A DNA stretch of 64,000 nt from Macrostomum hystrix (GCA_950097015.1 CATNEN010000038.1:30008001-30072000); one strand, 5' to 3'. Counted from the first letter of the stretch, positions 47,842 to 59,322 are shown. Notes: generated from the sequence alone by a model not told the origin. Made by a program: numbers and translations.

Positions 47842-49359
47842 TCCACCTTTGGTCGTAGAAATTGTTGCCAGTCGGCTAGGTCGGCGTCGACAGCGGCAAC
47901 GAAGTTCGATCGCGCTGCCGAAGCGTGCCGTCTGAGCGGCGATAAAGTGCTAATTACTAGGCGATTTTTAGATAGACTCGAATCCGAGAATCGACTCAAT
48001 GACAGGTCCGCGGTGGACGCAGAATATGTAGACAGTCCTGAACAGCCCTCGAAAGAAGGTGATGTAATCACAGCATCTTTGCCACAAGCAGAATCGCCAC
48101 AGATTGCATTCTACACATTCATACTCTACGCATGGACTCTGGGCACTTATCTATTTGACGTTGGCTCAGATATCTACCTAGCCATTGTGTACTATCGTCA
48201 GTCCGCAATGCTTCACTTCGGTCTAACTATATTATTCGTAGCTGCGCCTAGCCTACTATTAGCCATTTTCAGTCTGGCTTGGTATTTCGCTGATTACAAA
48301 CGCAGTCCGACTAGTAGGGCCAGGTGGTGCTTGAGATTGGGGCTGCACGTGCTGCAGCTGGCTCCAGTGTTGCGCGTTTGCGAATGCTTCGCCGGCGCAC
48401 TCGGCGTCAGGCGTTACAGCAAACCGTATCGCCATCTGCATGTAGAGATGTACAATCGGGTATTGTTGAACGAAGCGGATAGCACAATGCTGCGAATGCT
48501 TGAAGCTTTCACGGAGAGCGCTCCGCAGCTGCTGCTGCAATTGTCCATCATGATGAAATCGGATGCAATCGGCAGCGCTGTTGGTCTTTTCGGCGCCGTA
48601 GGATCAGACAATTCAACACAGTCTTTTACCAGTTTCATCAATGACTGGTCAGTAACTAATACCCTGCAGTGGCGAGTACAGGCAATCTCTAGCCTGTTGT
48701 CTCTTGTGGCGCTGAGTTGGGCCGTCTGCGCTTACCATTCTGCTTTGAGGACGCTACTGCCAGATAAGAAGAAATTAACTATGAGCGGCTTCTTTGTCAT
48801 GCTGCTTTGGAAGCTGTGCATTATTGCATCCAGAGTGATTGTGCTGGCTTTAACTGCCGCTACCCGACCGCATCTACTTGTTGGCCTTTTGTTGGCCCAC
48901 TATGCCTTGATGCTGGCCTGGACACTGGGGCAGTGTACCGATTTCTGCAACAAAAATAGGCCATTGGAAATTGGTTACAATATTATTGTATCGGTTGTTA
49001 TGTGTTTCGACTATTTCAATGTTCGCGAAGGTCGGACAAGGTTAAAGTACATTGTGTACTATGCGCTGGTCTACGCTGAGAATGCGACACTGCTGGGCGT
49101 TTGGTTTTTCCTTCGCGATGAGGCGCTGGTTCCGTTTACGTATCAGTTTAATATTTCTATTGTTCTGGCCTCTATCGTTTTGGGAGCATTTCCTATTGGT
49201 CTCTGTTTCATGGCCCTGTACTACCTGTGCTTCCACCCGTCCGGTCAGATAACGTGCCAAGCGCCGTGTCGCGAGTTGAGCTTGTTTGGTAGCTGTCACA
49301 ACGGCAGCGAAGCTGAACATTATCCTGCGAATAATATACTTCTGAATGAAATATGTTAA
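47842..49359 (+). CDS. XKR: XK-related protein (XKR4/6/7/CED-8 family phospholipid scramblase), ~505 aa; start exon uncertain
   Basis: Motifs YLFDVGSDIYLA, FSLAWY, HVLQLAPVLR, LRMLEAFTESAPQLLLQL, SLVALSWAV, WKLCIIASRVIVLAL, FDYFNVREGRTR, YYALVYAEN, MALYYLCFHP. The frame is open from 47815, with an acceptor TTTTCAG at 47841. A possible ATG mini-exon lies at 47791-47799. Confidence 0.9.
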   Translation, partial: STFGRRNCCQSARSASTAATKFDRAAEACRLSGDKVLITRRFLDRLESENRLNDRSAVDAEYVDSPEQPSKEGDVITASLPQAESPQIAFYTFILYAWTLGTYLFDVGSDIYLAIVYYRQSAMLHFGLTILFVAAPSLLLAIFSLAWYFADYKRSPTSRARWCLRLGLHVLQLAPVLRVCECFAGALGVRRYSKPYRHLHVEMYNRVLLNEADSTMLRMLEAFTESAPQLLLQLSIMMKSDAIGSAVGLFGAVGSDNSTQSFTSFINDWSVTNTLQWRVQAISSLLSLVALSWAVCAYHSALRTLLPDKKKLTMSGFFVMLLWKLCIIASRVIVLALTAATRPHLLVGLLLAHYALMLAWTLGQCTDFCNKNRPLEIGYNIIVSVVMCFDYFNVREGRTRLKYIVYYALVYAENATLLGVWFFLRDEALVPFTYQFNISIVLASIVLGAFPIGLCFMALYYLCFHPSGQITCQAPCRELSLFGSCHNGSEAEHYPANNILLNEIC

Positions 49360-49829
49360 CATTCTCCTGAATGCTTAGCTTGTTAAAAAAGGTATTTTCT
49401 TTTCAACGTATTCCAATCAATTTGACTGTTTTGCCTTAAAATATTTAACCTTCTTTGCTTCCAGAGATTCTGAAAGATTTACTTTTTTACCTTTGCTCAC
49501 TACATTCGGTTAACGCATTCGTTTACATGGCGCATGCGTACTAGCACATTCAAAAGTATGTGTGAGGTGCATTTTTGTCTGAGTTAGTTTCACTGAATCT
49601 ACTGAGTGCTGGTTATTTACGTTTATTACGCAGTATACTAGAGTTTCCGCTAAAAATTGACATCTGTGTTAAAGCTTGTTCTAAACCCGTGTAAAACATG
49701 AAATGCGACCGCTTATTCAGACTTTGATGTGAGCAACTTTTGAATAGAACATTGTGCACGTAACATTCATCAAGCTTTGAAGGTGTGTTGCGTCCTGCTT
49801 CTAGTGTCGAATAGATAATAAAATAATTA

Positions 49830-50110
49830 ATTACACCTGCCCCAATATGGCCAGCCGCAGCTATTGCGCGGCGCAACTGAAGGCTGCGTACGGCTATTCA
49901 GTCCATGGACTGGGGAGAAGCCAAACCCCACCTCAAGCACCCTTACAAATGCCGGTACCCATTTACTACGAGTAATTTAAAAGCTGGGTGAACTGAAGCA
50001 ATGCAGAGTTATAAGTGATTTGCTAAAGCACTCAAATGATTCCAGTGGAGTTGGGAATCGAATCGCCGACCTTCAATTCGTTGGTCCGTTGCTGCAACTA
50101 CTAGGCTGCA
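49830..50110 (-). mobile_element. SINE family B copy with a CORE-like central domain
   Basis: Minus strand: GATTCGATTCCC B-box, TTAGCAAATCACTTATAACTCT..CATTGCTTCAGTTCACCCAGCT..AAATGGGTACC, then the shared 3' body. Confidence 0.85.
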
Positions 50111-50481
50111 ACCCCTTTCTCGGTTTTGTCGAATGGAACATTGTGCAAATTGCCTTCAACAGCTTTGATGGTGTGTTGTCTCTTGGTTCTACTGCCAAAA
50201 TGACATTCGCTACGCTTCAATTACCTGAAAATGCGATCTCAAATTATTTTTCTGTCGCAATTAACTTGCTTGTTCAGAAGTGAAATAACTGTTTTAAATA
50301 GCCAATATATATTCGAGTATGTTCTTTCACCGGTTTTTTACATAATAGTTGGTTTCGAGATTTTAGTTTATTCACTTATTTAATATTTGGCGTCCTTCAG
50401 AACTTTAACACAAAATGTTGGGTAACTTACTTAGACTTAGTTTTTCAATTTACTTATTAATTCGCCTGCTTGTAATTACAG

Positions 50482-51309
50482 GAGCAGCGGCGGCAGCAAC
50501 AAGCTGGCAAAGTTTGGCAACCAGCAGTAAGTCATTGGCCAATAAGTGTACTCTTGTCTTGCTGTGTCTGGTCTGCATTTTACATGTGCGACGGTATTAA
50601 CAGTCGCCTGTTTGGTAATGTTTACACCCGACTAACTCGTCATCAACAATTGGAATGGCATAGCAGATTGTGCTCAACTATACACGCAGTAATAGCCGCA
50701 TTAATTGGCGCTTGTTGCATTGCCAATCCGGAACTGTGGGGCGACCCAATCTATGCAACCAATCAGCTTGTATCTGTCGGATTAGTCGTCACCAGCGGTT
50801 ATATGCTAGTTGACGCTTTCTACATGCTTCGATACATGAGCGGCTGGAATATGGTGCAGTATCAGCTGCATCATTGGATAGGTTTCATTGGCACTGTGAC
50901 TTTCTTGCAGCAGCCGTCTGTTCATAGTTTCTTGTCGGCTCGCTTACTCACCGAATTGAGTACGCCATTTGTTAATCAGCTGTATTTCTTCAAGATGAGT
51001 CAAATTGCTGATAAATATCCAACAGCTAATCTGCTTAACTCCATAGCACTGATGGTTACCTTCATGGGTACAAGAATATTACCGCTGCCTGTCTATTGGT
51101 ATCTGGTAGTTAAAGAATGCTTCTCGACAGATTTTCGCATATTTAATGAGCGGACACTGGCAGGCATCTGTTTCATTGTGTTGGCTGTGCTAATCGACTG
51201 TCTAAATATCTTGTGGACCAAGAAACTTCTGATTGGAGGTAGAAAACTGTTTAGAAAGTATTTCTATGGCAGCCGAACTGAAGACGACGATGATCACAAA
51301 ACGGATTGA
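50482..51309 (+). CDS. TLC-domain membrane protein (TLCD4/TMEM56-like), paralog 1; start codon/first exon unresolved
   Basis: LEWHSRLCSTIHA, SGYMLVD, LHHW, LTELSTPFVN, FMGTRI and LNILW motifs; acceptor TTACAG at 50481 is in frame (phase 0); AATAAA at ~51532-51553. Confidence 0.85.
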   Translation, partial: EQRRQQQAGKVWQPAVSHWPISVLLSCCVWSAFYMCDGINSRLFGNVYTRLTRHQQLEWHSRLCSTIHAVIAALIGACCIANPELWGDPIYATNQLVSVGLVVTSGYMLVDAFYMLRYMSGWNMVQYQLHHWIGFIGTVTFLQQPSVHSFLSARLLTELSTPFVNQLYFFKMSQIADKYPTANLLNSIALMVTFMGTRILPLPVYWYLVVKECFSTDFRIFNERTLAGICFIVLAVLIDCLNILWTKKLLIGGRKLFRKYFYGSRTEDDDDHKTD

Positions 51310-51914
51310 AACGTTTAAAGTACACAGGATAAAAACATTTATTTTCAGCTGGACACGAAATAACTACTTTCGATATACTTAAAATAGAAATTATTTAAGT
51401 TTTAGTTTGTTAGTGACACAACTACTACACAACTAATTTGTTTGTGTATTCTTTTTCTACCTTTTTCTTGCTTTCATTTACTCGAAGATATGCACGAACA
51501 AACAGATTTCTTTACTTAACACACCTTAGTACAATAAATGTTTTTATAATAAAAAAACTGAGCAATTGTATTAAACATTCAGCAAAAATATCTGACAACA
51601 TATTTATTAGTTTCTAATGATACAATCAATGCTGGAATTTCTAAATCTAAAATCCATGTCTGATGAAACTCGAAACTTTTTGTTTAATTTTCTTTCTCTT
51701 AAAATGTGCTAACTGCCGGCATCCAGAGCAGCTTTTTATTCATACTAACTTCTTATTGAAGTGTCTTAAGCTATCTTTTATTGTTTCTATTTCTTTAATA
51801 AAAATTATTCCTTAACACTTTTTATTTACGGTGCATAATTTCTAAACTTTTATTTCATTTTTTTGAATATTAACAGATCTCTGTCAAAATCCTCTAAACT
51901 CCCGTGTTGGTGTA

Positions 51915-54900
51915 TGATCCTTTCAGATCCCTTTTTAGTTCATGATCCTCTCAGATCCCATTTTAGTTCATGATCCTCTCAGATCCCATGTTAATTTATG
52001 ATCCTTTCAGATCCCATGTTAGTTCATGATCCTCTCAGATCCCATTTTAGTTCATGATCCTCTCAGATCCCAATTTAGTTTATGATCCTTTCAGATCCCA
52101 TGTTAGTTCATGATCCTCTCAGATCCCATGTTAGTTCATGATCCTCTCAGATCCCATGTTAGTTCAGGATCCTTTCAGATCCCATGTTAGTTTATGATCC
52201 TCTCAGATCCCATGTTAGTTTATGATCCTCTCAGATCCCATGTTAGTTCATGATCCTCTCAGATCCCATGTTAGTTTCTGATCCTTTCAGATCCGATTTT
52301 AGTTTATGATCCTCTCAGATCCCATGTTAGTTTATGATCCTTTCAGATCCCATGTTAGTTCAGGATCCTTTCAGATCCCAGGTTAGTTTATGATCCTTTC
52401 AGATCCCATGTTAGTTTATGATCCTTTCAGATCCCATGTTAGTTCAGGATCCTTTCAGATCCCATGTTAATTTATGATCCTTTCAGATCCCATGTTAGTT
52501 TAGGATCCTCTCAGATCCCATGTTAGTTTATGATCCTTTCAGATCCCATGTTAGTTCAGGATCCTTTCAGATCCCATGTTAGTTTGTGATCCTTTCAGAT
52601 CCGATTTTAGTTTATGATCCTTGCAGATCCCATGTTAGTTTGTGATCCTTTCAGATCCGATTTTAGTTTATGATCCTCTCAGATCCCATTTTAGTTCATG
52701 ATCCTCTCAGATCCCAATTTAGTTTATGATCCTTTCAGATCCCATTTTAGTTTATGATCCTTTCAGATCCCATGTTAGTTCATAATCCTCTCAGATCCCA
52801 TGTTAGTTCAGGATCCTTTCAGATCCCATGTTAGTTCATGATCCTCTCAGATCCCATGTTAGTTTGTGATCCTTTCAGATCCGATTTTAGTTTATGATCC
52901 TCTCAGATCCCATTTTAGTTCATGATCCTCTCAGATCCCAATTTAGTTTATGATCCTTTCAGATCCCATTTTAGTTTATGATCCTTTCAGATCCCATGTT
53001 AGTTTATGATCCTCTCAGATCCCAATTTAGTTTATGATCCTTTCAGATCCCATTTTAGTTCAGGATCCTTTCAGATCCCATGTTAGTTCATGATCCTCTC
53101 AGATCCCATTTTAGTTCATGATCCTCTCAGATCCCAATTTAGTTTATGATCCTTTCAGATCCCATGTTAGTTCATGATCCTCTCAGATCCCATGTTAGTT
53201 CATGATCCTCTCAGATCCCATGTTAGTTCAGGATCCTTTCAGATCCCATGTTAGTTTATGATCCTCTCAGATCCCATGTTAGTTTATGATCCTCTCAGAT
53301 CCCATGTTAGTTCATGATCCTCTCAGATCCCATGTTAGTTTGTGATCCTTTCAGATCCGATTTTAGTTTATGATCCTCTCAGATCCCATGTTAGTTTATG
53401 ATCCTTTCAGATCCCATGTTAGTTCAGGATCCTTTCAGATCCCAGGTTAGTTTATGATCCTTTCAGATCCCATGTTAGTTTATGATCCTTTCAGATCCCA
53501 TGTTAGTTCAGGATCCTTTCAGATCCCATGTTAATTTATGATCCTTTCAGATCCCATGTTAGTTTAGGATCCTCTCAGATCCCATGTTAGTTTATGATCC
53601 TTTCAGATCCCATGTTAGTTCAGGATCCTTTCAGATCCCATGTTAGTTTGTGATCCTTTCAGATCCGATTTTAGTTTATGATCCTTGCAGATCCCATGTT
53701 AGTTTGTGATCCTTTCAGATCCGATTTTAGTTTATGATCCTCTCAGATCCCATTTTAGTTCATGATCCTCTCAGATCCCAATTTAGTTTATGATCCTTTC
53801 AGATCCCATTTTAGTTTATGATCCTTTCAGATCCCATGTTAGTTCATAATCCTCTCAGATCCCATGTTAGTTCAGGATCCTTTCAGATCCCATGTTAGTT
53901 CATGATCCTCTCAGATCCCATGTTAGTTTGTGATCCTTTCAGATCCGATTTTAGTTTATGATCCTCTCAGATCCCATTTTAGTTCATGATCCTCTCAGAT
54001 CCCAATTTAGTTTATGATCCTTTCAGATCCCATTTTAGTTTATGATCCTTTCAGATCCCATGTTAGTTTATGATCCTCTCAGATCCCAATTTAGTTTATG
54101 ATCCTTTCAGATCCCATTTTAGTTCAGGATCCTTTCAGATCCCATGTTAGTTCATGATCCTCTCAGATCCCATGTTAGTTTGTGATCCTTTCAGATCCGA
54201 TTTTAGTTTATGATCCTCTCAGATCCCATGTTAGTTCAGGATCCTTTCAGATTCCATGTTAGTTTATGATCCTTTCAGATCCCATGTTAGTTCATGATCC
54301 TCTCAGATCCCATGTTAGTTCATGATCCTTTCAGATCCCATGTTAGTTCAGGATCCTTTCAGATTCCATGTTAGTTTATGATCCTTTCAGATCCCATGTT
54401 AGTTCAGGATCCTTTCAGATTCCATGTTAGTTCATGATCCTTTCAGATCCCATGTTAGTTCAGGATCCTTTCAGATCCCATGTTAGTTCATGATCCTTTC
54501 AGATCCCATGTTAGTTCAGGATCCTTTCAGATCCCATGTTAGTTCAGGATCCTTTCAGATTCCATGTTAGTTTATGATCCTTTCAGATCCCATGTTAGTT
54601 CATGATCCTTTCAGATCCCATGTTAGTCCATGATCCTCTCAGATCCCATGTTAGTTTATGATCCTTTCAGATCCGATTTTAGTTTATGATCCTCTCAGAT
54701 CCCATTTTAGTTCATGATCCTCTCAGATCCCAATTTAGTTTATGATCCCTTCAGATCCCATTTTAGTTCATGATCCTCTCAGATCCCATGTTAGTTCATG
54801 ATCCTCTCAGATCCCATTTTAGTTCATGATCCTCTCAGATCCCAATTTAGTTTATGATCCCTTCAGATCCCATTTTAGTTTATGATCCTCTCAGATCCCA

Positions 54901-55207
54901 TGTTAGTTCATGATCCTCTCAGATCCTATTTTAGTTCATGATCCTCTCAGATCCTATTTTAGTTCATGATCCTCTCAGATCCTATTTTAGTTCATGATCC
55001 TCTCAGATCCTATTTTAGTTCATGATCCTCTCAGATCCTATTTTAGTTCATGATCCTCTCAGATCCTATTTTAGTTCATGATCCTCTCAGATCCTATTTT
55101 AGTTCATGATCCTCTCAGATCCTATTTTAGTTCATGATCCTCTCAGATCCTATTTTAGTTCATGATCCTCTCAGATCCTATTTTAGTTCATGATCCTCTC
55201 AGATCCC
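51915..55207. repeat. 28-bp minisatellite (GATCCTCTCAGATCCCATGTTAGTTCAT)n, about 117 units
   Basis: Exact 28-nt period; rare variants recur 1064 bp apart. Confidence 0.97.
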
Positions 55208-55301
55208 GAGTCTGCTATGAAACATCTCATAGCCTCACTGCTGTTCACGTGCTCATGAACAGTGGCCATAATTTCAGTTTCGCGGTGGAAGCCGTTCCAG
55301 A

Positions 55302-55880
55302 ATGGTGGTGGCGATTTTCTCATGGATTAACGCATTCGGAACGGCCGCCTTCATCGGCTTCACCCATCTGAACTTCATCCTGAGTCCGCGCCTCTGTCAG
55401 GCCGTCTGTCCGGCCGTCTATAGCCGGCTCACCCGCGAAGAAAGACTGGAATGGGACGCCAGGGTTGGCTCCACAGTGCACGCAATACTCTGCTGCCTCG
55501 TCTGCCTCCTCTGCTGGACCTGGCAGCCTTCTAGCCTATTTGAAGATCCCGACAATGTCGGTGGTCATTGGTGGCTGCTGACCGTTGCCATGGTGATCAT
55601 GGGTGGCTACATGCTGGCTGACGCTTTGGGCATGCTTGCCTATATGACCGGGCAGGACATGATGCCTTATCTGGTGCACCATGTCCTAGCACTGCTCTGC
55701 TTTCAGTACTGTACGCACTACCACATGCTGCAGTATTTTGCTCTGTTCCGATTGGCTACCGAGTCTAGTACACCGTTCGTCAACCTGCTGTGGTTCTTGA
55801 GGGTGTCCGGCTACCGCGAGAAAGCGCCTGGGTTAAACTTAGCGAATTCCCTAGCCTTGCTGGTGAGCTTCGAGTCTTTA

Positions 55881-55963
<83 letters not shown>

Positions 55964-55968
55964 GGCTA

Positions 55969-56015
<47 letters not shown>

Positions 56016-56052
56016 GGCTTTCTGTCTGTCTGTCTGTCTGTCTGTCTGGCTA

Positions 56053-56144
<92 letters not shown>

Positions 56145-56660
56145 GATGTCTGTCTGTCTGTCAATCTATTTTTTGTGGCCGCTAGCCAAATAAGCGAGGC
56201 GAGACTGAGTCAAGTTAACCAAAGGAGAGCCGTGCTTACATATTCCTGAACGTCACATGTACATCGATTATATGGGTACACTATGAGCAGATGTGCACTT
56301 AGGCCATACACAACACTATTTATTTCTTAGTATTCACACATTTTTACCTATACTTTTTAGGTGTCATTCGCCACCTTCCGGATCATACTGATGCCACTGT
56401 ACTGGCTGAAGGTAATCAACTTCACGACTGGACGTGGTTTTGAGTTTCCCAGTCGTCATCCGGTAGTTTTCTTACTGTGGATTACTTTCAGCTTTGTGTT
56501 GGACGTTTTAAATATCGTCTGGTTTAGACGGCTGCTAATTGGTGGTTGGAAACTTTTTCGAGATAAACAAAATAATCGACCGGAAACTGGCGCTATTTCT
56601 GTTGCTGCTGCTGCTGCTGCTGCTACTGTCGCTGCAGCCCCAACTGCAGCTCAACAGTAG
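55302..56660 (+). CDS. TLC-domain membrane protein (TLCD4/TMEM56-like), paralog 2, ~286 aa
   Basis: Exons 55302-55862 and 56361-56660 (GTGAGC donor, TTTTAG acceptor, phase 0); motifs [52 protein letters not shown]. Confidence 0.9.
55880..56162. repeat. (TCTG)n microsatellite in the intron of TLC paralog 2
   Basis: About 70 tetramer units. Confidence 0.97.
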
Positions 56661-56934
56661 CTGTACTTACATATTTTACAATCCTTATTTTCAATTTGCA
56701 CGTTTAGTACACCGGCGTATACTAAGGCCGTCAGATATTTTTTTAGAAAGTGGAAACTTTACGTATCTTTAACAATTCTTTTGATAAGATTTATATTATT
56801 TAACTATTTTTGTTAGTGTCGATCGAGTTACTGAGAAAAATTGTGAATTCAACACTTCATTTTTCTAATAGACAGTGGTTGACAACATTGAAAGGAGATG
56901 CGATTGAGAAATAAGAGACTGGAGAGCTAGAGAT

Positions 56935-57385
56935 TGAGACAGGGGAGAGAATAGGCACAGGTGAGATGAGACACGGGAGAGATGTGACACGGGAGAGATG
57001 AGACGGGGAGAGAATAGGCACAGGAGAGATGAGACACGGGAGAGATGAGACGGGGAGAGAATAGGCACAGGTGAGATGAGACACGGGAGAGATGTGACAC
57101 GGGAGAGATGTGACACGGGAGAGATGAGACGGGGAGAGAATAGGCACAGGTGAGATGAGACACGGGAGAGATGAGACGGGGAGAGAATAGGCACAGGTGA
57201 GATGAGACACGGGAGAGATGTGACACGGGAGAGATGAGACGGGGAGAGAATAGGCACAGGAGAGATGAGACACGGGAGAGATGAGACGGGGAGAGAATAG
57301 GCACAGGTGAGATGAGACACAGGTGAGATGAGACACGGGAGAGATGTGACACGGGGAGAGATGAGACGCGGGAGAGATAAGACGA
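56935..57385. repeat. Purine-rich compound minisatellite (GAGATGAGACACGGGA / GAGAATAGGCACAGGT)
   Basis: 16-bp-type units related to 16278-16805. Confidence 0.92.
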
Positions 57386-58206
57386 GACTATATTTGGACG
57401 GGATAGTAAGTCGTATTTAGGGGATCTACAGCGCGCAATCTGACCCAAATTGTGAAAGAGAACTTTTCAAAAAGAAGCCGATCAATTTGGTTAAAAGAAC
57501 AAAATTAATTTTCATATCAAACAGTATCTTATTCATATTTGTCACACTTTGAAGTCCTAATTAAGCTAGCCTCGCTTGAGCATAGCAGCTAATAGAAGTC
57601 GATTAAAGTCGCCGCTAGCTTACAAGCCCCTATTTTATTTTTTTGTTATTCTTGTCTCACTTAAACAAAGTGCATTTATAGTCAGTTTTCTATATCGTTT
57701 TTCCCCAGCTTCAGCTTTGTTTATTTAGTTAGCTTCTCATCATTGTTTGGTTGTGTTTTTCCTTGCGTTTCATCTAAAATAGGACTAACTTTAATTTGTT
57801 CAGGAGCTGATATTTTACTTAAACAATGTACATTTCATTCTACGAGCTAGTTTTCGATCTGATAATTCCTCTATTTTCTTTTAACTTCTTAATCCTAGTG
57901 CAATGCGATACAGTTCAAGTTTAATTGCGCTGTATTTATTTACAACTTCTGGCCATATACTAAAGCAGATTTTATTAGTTTTTTGTCTTTTTCTTAACTC
58001 TCATTGAAAGAGAAACATGTATGAAAATATACATTTGGCAAAGAGAAAAGTGCACATGGATATTTTATGTCTGGTATCGGCAAAAATTCACAACGCTTTA
58101 TATGGTAACAATTTTATTGAATAAAAATAAATTTGCAAGCTTTGTTTATTGTCTCATTTAGTAAGTCTCTTTTCTGAGTATGCGACCTGTTGAGCAGGTG
58201 CTGGTC

Positions 58207-58321
58207 TCAGCACTGGTCGCCCTGCACAGCCTGCGGATGCCTTGCACTCCTGGCTAATAGCATCTGGTTGCTATGGGCGCTATTCACTGCGCCCATTGTC
58301 TCCATGGTCCACCAGATATTT

Positions 58322-58367
<46 letters not shown>

Positions 58368-58665
58368 CTTTCTGCTGGAACTGCTGCTTTTGCTGCAGCT
58401 GCTCCTTCTGCTGATAATACGATTGCGGACTATAAATTTTGGCGTCTGTGTAAGAGAAGTTGTGCAAATTTTTCCCTTGGTATTGCGACGCCTGCGCCTC
58501 AGGTTGTAACGATGTCGCAAAACCGTTGCCCGGCTGCTGCTGCTGCTGCTGCTGCTGCTCGGTCGAGGCTCCGTACTGAGCGCGACGCCAGCCAAAAAAA
58601 AGACGTCCGCCGAAGGTCGATTCTGAACTGGCACGCGAACGAGTCCATTCACCGTCGCTTGCACT

Positions 58666-58696
<31 letters not shown>

Positions 58697-59322
58697 TTCT
58701 GCTGCTTCCGTTGCTTCCCTGCAGCTACACGTTTAGCTACTGGCGATTGCATTACAGCCTGCTGGGGCACTTGCTGGCTGATAGTTCGGTGGTCCTGGTA
58801 GAGTTGGTTTTCGTAGTATGGATTAGTGTACGTGCTGACACTGGGTGCGGCTGATACAGGTCGAGTTCGCACCGCCCGATGGTAATACTCCTGTTGCGGC
58901 CGCTGCTCACGTATCGCTGACAGATCAGCTGCTCTTGTGCCCAGAACTGGTCGGGTCTTGACGCGGCTTCTGTGACGTCCGTCATCGTTGTTGTCATCTT
59001 TCGGGTCGAAATCGCGAGAGTCTGACACGCCAACGGAGTGACGCTCGCTTAGACGCTCTGGCGTCCAAGGTTGGCTCTTGTGTGGACGGGGTGTGACCAA
59101 CGCCTGGTCGTCCTGCTCATCTTCCGGAGCAAAGTTGATGACCCGAGTCTGAAATAGTTTTTAATCATCGACAAAAGTATTCGAAACTTTTTGGCCGAAT
59201 TCAAACTATTAATTAATTACCTTTTCCTCGTAAGCTACTGGACCACCGTGGAGTCGCTGCTGATAGAAGCGCCGTTCGTTATGCTGTTTTGGTTGCTGCT
59301 GCTGTTGCTGCTGCTGTTGCAT
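58207..59322 (-). CDS. Hypothetical glutamine-rich, low-complexity protein (~347 aa)
   Basis: Exons 59322-59221 (ATG...EEK, GTAATT donor) and 59148-58207 (TTTCAG acceptor), phase 0; several polyQ tracts; minus-strand AATAAA near 58113 and 58145. No recognisable domain. Confidence 0.6.

Noticed and set aside
51655-51700. CTGATGA...CGAAAC hammerhead core
   Set aside because: Neither stem I nor stem II can form with the flanking sequence.
55863-56249. C-terminal (SVCL)n extension of the 315-aa ORF
   Set aside because: Read-through into an intronic TCTG microsatellite; splicing 55863-56360 restores the TLC domain.
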